Assembly: GCA_963727445.1 (NCBI GenBank)
Contig: CAVSGI010000021.1
Span: 288,001-352,000 of the forward strand
From: an uncultured delta proteobacterium
Lineage (GTDB): Bacteria; Myxococcota_A; Polyangia; Polyangiales; B10-G4
Direction of reading: 5' to 3'
DNA: 64,000 nt
The notes beneath the pieces are model-generated. The model was not told the DNA's origin. It was given only the letters and a program-made list of their open reading frames with translations, and did not search any database. The translations under genes were made by a program, and so were the position numbers. Every line of letters starts with the position of its first letter. The stretch's first letter is position 1. Of this stretch, positions 52,813-61,602 are shown in pieces.

Positions 52813-54597
52813 TCACTCGCAGACGTTGCTGGCGTTGCAGAGGCCGGCGCCGCAGCAGTCCGCCGCGCTCGAACAGGATTCGCCAGGCATCTTGCAGGCG
52901 CAGCGCCCGTCCGTGCAGAGCATCGTCCCGCAGCATTCGGCGCTGCTCTCGCAGATGTCGTCCGCCGTCCCACAGCACTGGAAGGGAGCGGACATGCCGC
53001 TGCCGACCTGACGGCACGCCGCCGTGCCGCAGCAGTCCCCGGCGACCGACTGATCGCAGGTGTCCCCGACGCGCTTGCACACCCCGTTGTCCGCGGCACA
53101 GCTTCCGAGGACGCAGATGTTGCCTTCACAACACTCGCCGGTCTCGATCGCGCAGTCGGCGCTCTCCCCTTCGCACTGACACATTCCATCGGTGCAGAGC
53201 ATGCTGCCGCAGCAGTCGTCCTCGCTCTGGCAGGAGGTCCCCGCCTTGGCGCAGCACTTCTTGTCCATCTCGCCGGCCATGGCCGCGCCACAGGCGAAGG
53301 CGCCACAGCACTCCGTGTCCTCGGAGCAGCTCGTGCCGAGCTCGGTGCACATGCCCGGCCCGGGGCGGCACAGGCCCTCGGTGCAGACGCCGTCCATGCA
53401 GCACTCGCTGTCGTCGACGCACTGCTCGCCCATCTCCTGGCACTCGCAGACGCCGACGCCCGCCGCGCCCCGACCGCCGCAGAGCATCCAGCCGCAGCAG
53501 TCGAAGTCCCCGAAGCAGGTCTCGCCCTGACCCTTGCAGCAGGTCTTCACGAAGGGCGACTGAATACACGAGGCGCTGTCACAGCAGTCGTCACTGGCCT
53601 CGCAGCTCTCGCCGATGCCCGTGCACTCGCCCGAGCAGAAGAGCAGGTCGCACTCGAGGCCGCCCGTACAGGTGAAGTCCGGCAGGCAGCAGATCTGTCC
53701 GTCCCCGCCGCAGTCGAAGCCGAGCAGGTCGGAGATCGTCCCGAGGCCGATGCACATGTTCGTCAGGAAGCTCTCGCAGATGCTCCCGAAGGAGCACTCA
53801 CCGCCGAGGCAGCAGGGCTCGCCGTCGCCGCCGCAGCCGGAGCCGGGCTCACCCGCCCCGGGGCGGTCCATGCACATCCCGTCCATGCATTCCGCGCTCC
53901 GCACGCAGCCGTCCATGCTGCCTTCGCAGCAGGGCATCCCCGCCGTCCCACAGTCGTCGGGGACCACGCAATCGCCCGACACACAGAGGCTGGTGGTCGA
54001 GCTGCCGCAGCCGCCGCCCGCGCCGTCGCAGCAGGGCTGGCCCACGGCGCCGCAGGCCTCGCAGGTCGAGCCGTCGTCGCTGCACACGGCCCCGGAGCGG
54101 CAGACCGGGTCCCCGCCCCCGACGCCGGCACAGCAACCGCCGCCCGTCGCGCCGCAGCCATCGGTGGGCATGGTGCAGCTCCCGCCGAGGCAGGCGAGGC
54201 CGTCCGAGCACTCGCGCGAGCCGATGCAGTCGCTTCCCTCGGGGGCGCGGCACTCGCCGCTCTCGCAGGCGAAGCCCGCGCAGCAGTCGGAAGGAGTGCT
54301 GCAGCGACCGCCGCCCGGGCGCCCGCAGCAGGACCCCATGTCGCAGCGCAGGCCGAGATCGCAGGCGTCACCACGGCAGCAACTCTCGCCATTGCCGCCG
54401 CACGCGGTGGTCTCCCGACCGGCGGCGGCGTCGTCATCGACCACCACCCGGCCGTCGGGGAGCCTTCGAATCGGAGCGTCTCCTCCTCCGCCATCGCTGA
54501 TCCGGGCATCCATCCCGCCGTCGCCCGGAGTGCTGTTGCTCGGACACGCCGTCAGGAAGGGAAGGAGGAGCAGGGAAAGGAGGAAGAGACGAACCAT
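52813..54597 (-). CDS. Very Cys-rich repeat lipoprotein
   Basis: Lipobox LTAC; about 20 CC dipeptides in ~30-40 aa repeats. Confidence 0.8.
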   Translation of the reverse strand: MVRLFLLSLLLLPFLTACPSNSTPGDGGMDARISDGGGGDAPIRRLPDGRVVVDDDAAAGRETTACGGNGESCCRGDACDLGLRCDMGSCCGRPGGGRCSTPSDCCAGFACESGECRAPEGSDCIGSRECSDGLACLGGSCTMPTDGCGATGGGCCAGVGGGDPVCRSGAVCSDDGSTCEACGAVGQPCCDGAGGGCGSSTTSLCVSGDCVVPDDCGTAGMPCCEGSMDGCVRSAECMDGMCMDRPGAGEPGSGCGGDGEPCCLGGECSFGSICESFLTNMCIGLGTISDLLGFDCGGDGQICCLPDFTCTGGLECDLLFCSGECTGIGESCEASDDCCDSASCIQSPFVKTCCKGQGETCFGDFDCCGWMLCGGRGAAGVGVCECQEMGEQCVDDSECCMDGVCTEGLCRPGPGMCTELGTSCSEDTECCGAFACGAAMAGEMDKKCCAKAGTSCQSEDDCCGSMLCTDGMCQCEGESADCAIETGECCEGNICVLGSCAADNGVCKRVGDTCDQSVAGDCCGTAACRQVGSGMSAPFQCCGTADDICESSAECCGTMLCTDGRCACKMPGESCSSAADCCGAGLCNASNVCE

Positions 54598-54674
54598 GGC
54601 AGCATCTTAGCGGTGCGGCGGGATGGGCGGAAGCTACGAGGCTGTCCGCGCAGTTTTTTCCGGTCTTCTTCGCA

Positions 54675-55220
54675 TCAGCCGGCCGCGATCACGGCCTGGA
54701 TGTCGGGGCGTCGGACCCGCCAGATCATCCAGAGGTAGAGCGCGAGGCGCGCGAGCCCCGTGATCAACAGCGTCGACAGCGCCGCGTTTCCCGCGGCCAG
54801 ACCGACCTCGGGATCGCTCCCGAGGATGTCGTCCCAATGGGCATCGATCGCGAGCCATTGGGTGCTGGCCTCCACGATCACCAACAGGGCGTTGGCGAGG
54901 GCCGCCTGGGTGACCCACCACGACGCCGTCTTGCGGCGACGGAAGAGGGACATGCCCGCGAAGAGCAGGAGCGCCGAGACCAGCGCGTCCGCGGCCGCCA
55001 CCGGCTTGCGGTAGGGAGAGCGCAGAACGGCGTCCACCACCGCCAGGTTGGCTTCTTCCTGCGCCTGGCTCTCCGCGCTGCCCTCCGCGGTGGAGGTCGG
55101 GATCACGGGGTCGAACTGCATCTCGACAAGCCCCGACACCGTCCCACACGAACCCACACCGATCAGGATGACGGAGAGGAAGAAGAGGGAGCGAAACGGC
55201 CGACTCGGGGGCGGAGCCAC
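54675..55220 (-). CDS. Four-TM hypothetical membrane protein
   Basis: Hydrophobic segments; start chosen 7 nt after a TAAGGT box. Confidence 0.6.
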   Translation of the reverse strand: MAPPPSRPFRSLFFLSVILIGVGSCGTVSGLVEMQFDPVIPTSTAEGSAESQAQEEANLAVVDAVLRSPYRKPVAAADALVSALLLFAGMSLFRRRKTASWWVTQAALANALLVIVEASTQWLAIDAHWDDILGSDPEVGLAAGNAALSTLLITGLARLALYLWMIWRVRRPDIQAVIAAG

Positions 55221-55296
55221 GGCCCGCACCTTAGCGTGCGAAGGGGCGGGGGAAGGAAAGTCGGGGGGCGTCGTAGAAAAAAAAGGACCCGGTGAC

Positions 55297-55324
55297 GAAA
55301 CTTTTCAAAGCGGCGCGTGTCGAA
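55297..55324 (+). promoter_or_regulatory. Putative ECF-sigma promoter
   Basis: GAAACTT-N15-GTCGAA upstream of GGAGGAGG RBS. Confidence 0.5.
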
Positions 55325-55383
55325 GGGGATCAGACCGGGGAGTGGGCGAAGGAAAGCGCGCGCCATCTGGAGGAGGCTGGCTC

Positions 55384-55944
55384 TTGGAAATCCGTTTGAA
55401 TCTCGTGCTCCTGGGTGTCCTCGGCGTGTGCTGGGCTGCCCTGTCGCCCTCGGATCCCGTCTCCGCTCTCGACCCCGAGAGCGCCGAGACCCGTGAGCTG
55501 GCGATGCTGGAGGACGAGTTCGCACTGGATCGGAGCGACGTCCTCATGGCTCGGCACCTCTCGAGCCGCTATCTGGAGCTCGATCGGCCTGGGCTCGCCA
55601 TCGCGGCCCTCCGCGCCGCCGATCCCGCCGTTCTCGAGGATCCGACGGTGGTCCATCGACTCGCGCAGGCCTACGAGTCCACGGGGCGCCTCGACGACGC
55701 CCTCGCCACGGCGGAGCTCGCCGTCGCCCGCTGCGGCCGCTACCTCGGCACCGTCGACAGCGGCGCGGCCACGCCCGTCCCCCAGCACCGCTGCGACGCC
55801 CGCGACTACGCCCTGCTCGACATGCACAAGACCGCGCTCAGCCACATGGTCCGCTGGGGCGTGGACGACCCCCAGCACGACAGCCGCAGCCAGATGGCCT
55901 ACGACCTCGCCATGCGCCGCGCCTCGATCGCCTCCGCCCGCTAG
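55384..55944 (+). CDS. Exported TPR-like hypothetical protein
   Basis: Strong RBS plus TTG; N-terminal hydrophobic segment; LAQAY..TG..DAL. Confidence 0.6.
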   Translation: MEIRLNLVLLGVLGVCWAALSPSDPVSALDPESAETRELAMLEDEFALDRSDVLMARHLSSRYLELDRPGLAIAALRAADPAVLEDPTVVHRLAQAYESTGRLDDALATAELAVARCGRYLGTVDSGAATPVPQHRCDARDYALLDMHKTALSHMVRWGVDDPQHDSRSQMAYDLAMRRASIASAR

Positions 55945-56018
55945 GTCTTCCAGGCAAAAACCGAAAAATCCACGGCCGTCCCTCGTAATTGGGCGGCCGT
56001 GGCCCAACAATTGGCCCG

Positions 56019-57800
56019 ATGGCGGGCTCGCCCCTGGAATCCTCGGCCGCGCTCTTTCATCCGCCCGCGCGGCCGGATGACTTCACGCTGCCTCGGCTCC
56101 GGTGGCTGGTGCGCCTGCGCTGGCTGGCGATCGCCGGCATCGCCTGCGCCAGCCTCCTGGTCCTCGCCGGCTTCTTTCCGGGGGTGAACTGGCCGGTGCT
56201 CCTCGCCACCGTGGTCGCCTCGAGCGTCTACAACGCGCTCTTGTGGAACAGCCATCGCCAGGACACGCCGCCGGTCGGTTGGCGGGCCGCGATGTTCCAG
56301 GCGCTGGTCGACATCCTCGCCCTCACGATCGTGCTCTGGGCCTCGGGCGGCATCGACACCCCCTTCGTCGCCTATTACGTCTTCCACGTCGCCCTGGTGG
56401 GGATCCTCGCCGGGCCGCGCGCGGCCTGGTTCGCCCTCGGCGCCGCGGGCCTCGGCGCCACCTTCCTCGCGTGCGCCTACATCTTCCCGGAGCTGGCGAT
56501 CGGCCACTGGTCCCCCGCCGAGCCCTGGGATCTGCTCTCGGAGCTCGCCGCCTTCGTCACCACCGCAGGCGGCATCGGCTACATCGTGATGCACACCATG
56601 GAGGAGCTGCGCTCGCGCGAGAAGGCGCTGGTGCGCGCCCGCGAGCAGGTTGCGCTCGAGTACCAGCTGCTCAACACCACGCTGCAGCAGCTCGAGGCGG
56701 GGCTCGAGGTCGTCGACGATCACGGTCAGATCCTGTGGCGCAACAAGCGCGCGGAGGTCCTCGGGCCGCTCGCACCGAAGGGCGCGGCCTGGGTGTGTCC
56801 CGGCGCAGAGCACGCGTGCGAGAAGGACGTCACCGGGATCTGCCCGGTCCGCCAGGCGCTCGATCACGAGCAGCCCGGACGCTGCCGATTCGCGGCGCAG
56901 GTCGACGGGGCGGAGCGGGTCTACGAGATGATCTCTTTCCCGCTCTCGGTCGAGACGCACAAGCGCCGCCAGCAGCCGCGGGTGATGAACCTCTACGTCG
57001 ATCGCACCGACGCGACCCTGGACGAGCAGCGCCTGGTGACCACCGAGCGGCTGGTGAGCCTGGGCCGGGTGGCCCAAGGCGTCGCGCACGAGCTCAACAC
57101 CCCGCTGGCCACCATCCGCACCCTCTCCGCCGACATGCGCGCCGCGATCAGCGAGTTCGATACCGGGGAGGATGCCGAATCGGCGGCGGTGCTCGCGGAC
57201 CTCGCGGAGTCGGCGGCGTTGATCCAGGACGAGACCCGGCGTCTGGGGCGCATCACCCAGGCGCTCCTCGCGGGCGGCGATCTGGTGCGCGCGCGCATCG
57301 ACGGCGAGGTGCCGGTGGCGGCGGTGGTGGAGCGGGCGCGGGCGCTTGTCTTCGCGGGCGTCCGCGACGGGCCCGACGTGGTGGTGGAGCGGAGCGTCGA
57401 CGAGCTCGACGTGACCGCTGATCAGGATCGCCTGGTGCAGGTGCTCGTGAACCTCCTCCAAAACGCGCACGACGCGGTGGGCGGCCGCTCGGACGCGCAC
57501 GTGGTGGTGCGTGCGCGCATGGTCGACGGGCAGGTGGAGATCACCATCGACGACGACGGGCCGGGGCTGCCGCCGGAGGTCCAAGGCCGCATCTTCGAGC
57601 CCTTCACCACCACCAAGCCGCCGGGGGAGGGCACCGGCCTCGGGCTCTACACCTCCTACATGCTGGTGCAGGCGATGGGCGGGATCCTGCGGCTCGACGA
57701 TCGCGAAGAGGGTGGGGTGCGGGCCACCGTGAGGCTGCCGGCCGCCGGGCGCGATCAGGGGCTTGCGCCGGTCTCGTCGCTGACCCAACGTGCCTCCTGA
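56019..57800 (+). CDS. Membrane sensor histidine kinase with Cys-rich PAS-like linker
   Basis: About 5-6 TMs, AHELNTPL, NLLQNA, DDGPG, FEPFTTTK, GTGLGL. Confidence 0.92.
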   Translation: MAGSPLESSAALFHPPARPDDFTLPRLRWLVRLRWLAIAGIACASLLVLAGFFPGVNWPVLLATVVASSVYNALLWNSHRQDTPPVGWRAAMFQALVDILALTIVLWASGGIDTPFVAYYVFHVALVGILAGPRAAWFALGAAGLGATFLACAYIFPELAIGHWSPAEPWDLLSELAAFVTTAGGIGYIVMHTMEELRSREKALVRAREQVALEYQLLNTTLQQLEAGLEVVDDHGQILWRNKRAEVLGPLAPKGAAWVCPGAEHACEKDVTGICPVRQALDHEQPGRCRFAAQVDGAERVYEMISFPLSVETHKRRQQPRVMNLYVDRTDATLDEQRLVTTERLVSLGRVAQGVAHELNTPLATIRTLSADMRAAISEFDTGEDAESAAVLADLAESAALIQDETRRLGRITQALLAGGDLVRARIDGEVPVAAVVERARALVFAGVRDGPDVVVERSVDELDVTADQDRLVQVLVNLLQNAHDAVGGRSDAHVVVRARMVDGQVEITIDDDGPGLPPEVQGRIFEPFTTTKPPGEGTGLGLYTSYMLVQAMGGILRLDDREEGGVRATVRLPAAGRDQGLAPVSSLTQRAS

Positions 57801-57808
57801 GAGCGGAG

Positions 57809-59176
57809 ATGGCGGTCACGGCGGCGGCGGACACGAAGGGCTCGGTGCTGATCGTCGACGACGATCGCGCCCTGCGTTTCGCGCTGAAGAAGGCGCTGGG
57901 TCGTCGCGGCTACGAGGTCTCCGAAGCGTCGAACGGCCGAGACGCGCTGACCGCGCTTCGGCGCAGCCCCGTGCCCGACGCCACCCTCCTCGATCTGAAG
58001 ATGGACGGCATGGGCGGCCTCGACGTGCTCCGGCGGCGGGGCGCCTGCTCGTCGCGAATCATCGTCCTCACCGGCCACGGCACGGTGCAGGCGGCGGTCG
58101 AGGCGATGCAGCTCGGCGCCTTCTCCTTCCTCGAGAAGCCGGTGGACGCGGAGGTGCTGGGGCCGCTCCTCGAGCAGGCCATCGCCGACCATCGCCGTGA
58201 GGGGCGCATCTCCGACGCGGAGCGGGTGCCGCCGCTGGTGGGGGTGAGCGACGCGCTGACGGAAATCCGCGCCTTCGTCGCCCGGGTGGGACCCACCGAC
58301 GAGACGGTCGCGATCTACGGCGAGACCGGCACGGGCAAGGAGGTGGTGGCCCGGCACATCCACTTCGCGAGTCGGCGGACGGACGGCCCCTTCGTCGCGC
58401 TCAACGCCGCCTGCGTCCCCGAGAACCTCTTCGAGTCCGAGCTCTTCGGGCACAAGAAGGGCGCGTTCACGGGCGCCACCGAGGATCGAAAGGGCCTCTT
58501 CCGCGAGGCTCAGGGCGGGACCCTCTTCCTCGACGAGGTGGCGGAGCTCCCGCTCGAGCTGCAGGCGAAGCTGCTCCGCGCCCTCGAGGCGCGGTGCATT
58601 CGTCCGGTGGGTGAGTCCAAGGAGATACCGATCGACGTGCGCATCGTCGCGGCGACCAATCGCGACCTCCGGAACGAGGTCCGCGCGGGGCGTTTCCGAG
58701 AGGACCTCTACTTTCGGCTCGACGTCTTCCCGGTGGTGATACCGCCCCTGCGCGCGCGACGCGGGGACATCCTGCCGCTGGCCGAGCACCTCCTCGGCCG
58801 CGTCGGCGCCTCGGCGACCTTCACCGAGGACGCGGTCGCCGCGCTCGAGGCACACGATTGGCCCGGCAACGTGCGCGAGCTCCTGAACGTGCTGCGTCGC
58901 GCTGCGCTCTTCGTGGAGGGGGACCGGATCGACGGCGAGCTCATGCGGCGGATGATCGCCGCGAGCGTCTTCGCCCACGGGGAGCGCCAGGGCGTGAGCG
59001 CGCGCGCGTCGTCGACGGCGTCGTCGAGCTCGCTGGCGGACGTGGAGCGCGCGCACATCGAGAAGGTCCTCGAGGAGAAGCAGGGCAACGTCACCCACGC
59101 CGCGACGGCGCTGGGGATCGATCGGCGCACCCTGCAGCGCAAGCTTCGCTCTTACGGCATCGGCACGGAGGAGTGA
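57809..59176 (+). CDS. Sigma54-dependent response regulator (NtrC family)
   Basis: Receiver domain, GETGTGKE, GAFTGA, WPGNVREL, Fis-type HTH. Confidence 0.95.
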   Translation: MAVTAAADTKGSVLIVDDDRALRFALKKALGRRGYEVSEASNGRDALTALRRSPVPDATLLDLKMDGMGGLDVLRRRGACSSRIIVLTGHGTVQAAVEAMQLGAFSFLEKPVDAEVLGPLLEQAIADHRREGRISDAERVPPLVGVSDALTEIRAFVARVGPTDETVAIYGETGTGKEVVARHIHFASRRTDGPFVALNAACVPENLFESELFGHKKGAFTGATEDRKGLFREAQGGTLFLDEVAELPLELQAKLLRALEARCIRPVGESKEIPIDVRIVAATNRDLRNEVRAGRFREDLYFRLDVFPVVIPPLRARRGDILPLAEHLLGRVGASATFTEDAVAALEAHDWPGNVRELLNVLRRAALFVEGDRIDGELMRRMIAASVFAHGERQGVSARASSTASSSSLADVERAHIEKVLEEKQGNVTHAATALGIDRRTLQRKLRSYGIGTEE

Positions 59177-59649
59177 TGCGCTCGTCGGTGATCCTCGCGC
59201 TCACCCTCTCAGCTTGCGGCGGCGCGCGCGCAGAACCGGAGGCGAGCCCGGTGGCCGAGCCGGCCGAGCCGGTGACGGTGGTGCTCGCGCTTCGCTTCGT
59301 CGAAGGGCCCGAGGACGAGGAGACCGAGACGCCGAGGACGCGGGTGCTGCTGGTGGACATCGACGAGGCGCGGGGCCGGCGCACGACCGATCTCGGGACC
59401 TTCGACGGGGTCTGCTCGCACACGCGGCCGCGCGAGGGGCACCTTCTCGCGGCGCAGTGCTTCTGGGCGGGGACCGGCGCGCGCCTCGACGTGCATCGAG
59501 ACGGGGACTCCGTGGTGGTCGACGAGGACATCCTGGACGAAGAGGGTGGCGTGGCCGAGCACCGTCAGAATGTGCGGATCGATCTACCGGCCGAGGCGGA
59601 GCTCGAGGTGATGGCGCCCGAGACCCACCTCGCGGCGCCCACCCATTGA
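59176..59649 (+). CDS. Hypothetical lipoprotein
   Basis: Lipobox LSAC; TGATG coupling. Confidence 0.7.
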   Translation: MRSSVILALTLSACGGARAEPEASPVAEPAEPVTVVLALRFVEGPEDEETETPRTRVLLVDIDEARGRRTTDLGTFDGVCSHTRPREGHLLAAQCFWAGTGARLDVHRDGDSVVVDEDILDEEGGVAEHRQNVRIDLPAEAELEVMAPETHLAAPTH

Positions 59650-59710
59650 TCGAAAGTCGGCAGGAGCGCCGAAGCCGCGTATCCTTCCCCCTGATTTTTG
59701 GGGAGGATCC

Positions 59711-60127
59711 ATGAAGAGAAGCATCTTGTTCTTGGTCGCGCTCGGCGCGATGGGCTGTGGGCAGCATCCGGTGGACGAGTACGTCTCGATCACCAACGAC
59801 GTGTCGGACGACGTATGCGCGTGTCCCGACGTCGTCGCCGCGCTCATGTACTCGAGCGAGGCGGACTGCAAGGCCAACTTCCTGCCGGCCCTCAGCGAAA
59901 CGCAGACGCAGTGTTTCAAGGACGCCTACGATCGGAACGAGAGCGTGGCCTCCTCGACCTTCGACTGCACCCTCGACGAATCCCGCACCTTCCGCGACTG
60001 CGTCAGCAACGCGAGCTGCAACGCCGCCGCGCTGCAGACCTGCGCCAGCAGCTACGACGTCGAGGCGCACTGCCCGGCGCTCCCCGCCTCGGTTCAGGCC
60101 GAGTTCGACGCCTGCGGCGGGATGTGA
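59711..60127 (+). CDS. Small Cys-rich lipoprotein
   Basis: Lipobox MGC; GGAGG RBS. Confidence 0.75.
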   Translation: MKRSILFLVALGAMGCGQHPVDEYVSITNDVSDDVCACPDVVAALMYSSEADCKANFLPALSETQTQCFKDAYDRNESVASSTFDCTLDESRTFRDCVSNASCNAAALQTCASSYDVEAHCPALPASVQAEFDACGGM

Positions 60128-60148
60128 TCGCGGCGCGAACCGTCGCGC

Positions 60149-60610
60149 TCAGTCGTCCGCCGGTCGCCGGAGGAAGACGACCTTGAAGCGGACGTCGCCC
60201 ACTGGCTCGACGTGGTGGGCCACGTCGGGCGGGATGTGTCCGTCGACGCCGGGGCGGAGCACCCAGGTCTCTTCGCCGAGCGTGTAGGCGAGCCGGCCCG
60301 ACTCCACCACGATCTGGCCCCACACGCCGGCCTTGGTCCGGTGGTCGCGCTTCAGGTTGTCGGGGATGGTGGCGGCGTCGAAGGTGCGCGACGCGTGGTA
60401 GGGCGCGGCGTCCTCGGGGATCGAAGGCATGTCGCAGAAGAGGCACTCGAGCTCGGCGCCGATCTTTTCTGCGCGGCCGGCCTCGGTCGTGACCCAGGTG
60501 CGCACCTCCTGTGGTGGCCGGTGGCGGACGTGCTGGGTGTGACCACAAGCGAGGTCGGCGACCCAATCGCCTTCCTCGTCCTGGTGAAAGCCATCGATAC
60601 AGCGCTTCAT
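60149..60610 (-). CDS. DUF3565 + DUF1971 (TehB/YeaR-type cupin) fusion
   Basis: GFHQDEEGDWVA.L.CGH.QHVRH.PP..C..CD followed by H.TK.GVWG...G.L..P...HHV. Confidence 0.75.
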   Translation of the reverse strand: MKRCIDGFHQDEEGDWVADLACGHTQHVRHRPPQEVRTWVTTEAGRAEKIGAELECLFCDMPSIPEDAAPYHASRTFDAATIPDNLKRDHRTKAGVWGQIVVESGRLAYTLGEETWVLRPGVDGHIPPDVAHHVEPVGDVRFKVVFLRRPADD

Positions 60611-60664
60611 CGGGTCCTCTCGAAGGGGCGTCCAGAGCGTAACAGCTCGGGGTATCCTGCCGAC

Positions 60665-61594
60665 ATGCGCTTCCATCTTCCGATCGCGCTCACGGTCTTG
60701 TCGCTTCTACCCGCTTGTGGGGACGACGCCGCGCCGGTGGATGGCGGGATGGATGCGACGAGCGACGGGGCGGCCGACGCCGCGCCCGACGGGACGGTTA
60801 CGGACACCGGGGCCTCCGACGCGGCGGCGGATGGCGCGACCACGGACGCGGCGGACGCGGCGGACGGGAGCGTGACCACGCCGGTGCTCCCCCCGGCGAA
60901 CGGCTCCTTCGACTACCAGCTGGGCGAGGCCTATCCGCCCCCAGACGGCGTGGTGGTGGTGAGCCGCGACCGCAACGCGTCGCCGGCGGCAGGGCTCTAC
61001 AACATCTGTTACGTGAACGGCTTCCAGACCCAGTCCGACGAGCGCGACTTCTGGAACACGGACCATCCGGACCTGCTGCTGCGCGACGCGAGCGGAGATC
61101 CGGTGATCGATCCGGACTGGGACGAGATCATCCTGGACGTCACCACGGCCGACAAGCGCGCGATGCTGGCAGAGATCGTCGGCGGGTGGATCGACGGATG
61201 CGCCACTGCTGGATTCGACGCGGTCGAGATCGACAACCTCGACACCTACTCGCGTTCCGGCGGCAGGGTCTCTCAGGACGACGCGGTCGCCTACATGCGC
61301 ATGCTGTCGGAAAACGCCCACGCGGCCGGGCTGGCGATCGCCCAGAAGAACTCGACGGAGGTGTTGGCGCGCCGCAGCGAGATGGGCACCGACTTCGCCG
61401 TCGCCGAGGAGTGCAATCGCTACGACGAATGTGCCGACTACACTGGCGTCTACGGTGACCAGGTGTACGTGATCGAGTACCGCCGCACGGACTTCGACGC
61501 GGGCTGCCTCGACTTCCCCGAGCTGTCCATCGTCTACCGCGACCTGAACCTCGTCGGTCCGGGCTCGAGCGCTTATGCCTACGATGGCTGCTGA
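60665..61594 (+). CDS. Endo-alpha-1,4-polygalactosaminidase (GH114) lipoprotein
   Basis: FDYQLG, ICYVNGFQTQ, GFDAVEIDNLD, QKN, EEC, IEY. Confidence 0.85.
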   Translation: MRFHLPIALTVLSLLPACGDDAAPVDGGMDATSDGAADAAPDGTVTDTGASDAAADGATTDAADAADGSVTTPVLPPANGSFDYQLGEAYPPPDGVVVVSRDRNASPAAGLYNICYVNGFQTQSDERDFWNTDHPDLLLRDASGDPVIDPDWDEIILDVTTADKRAMLAEIVGGWIDGCATAGFDAVEIDNLDTYSRSGGRVSQDDAVAYMRMLSENAHAAGLAIAQKNSTEVLARRSEMGTDFAVAEECNRYDECADYTGVYGDQVYVIEYRRTDFDAGCLDFPELSIVYRDLNLVGPGSSAYAYDGC

Positions 61595-61602
61595 GCGCTG
61601 AG

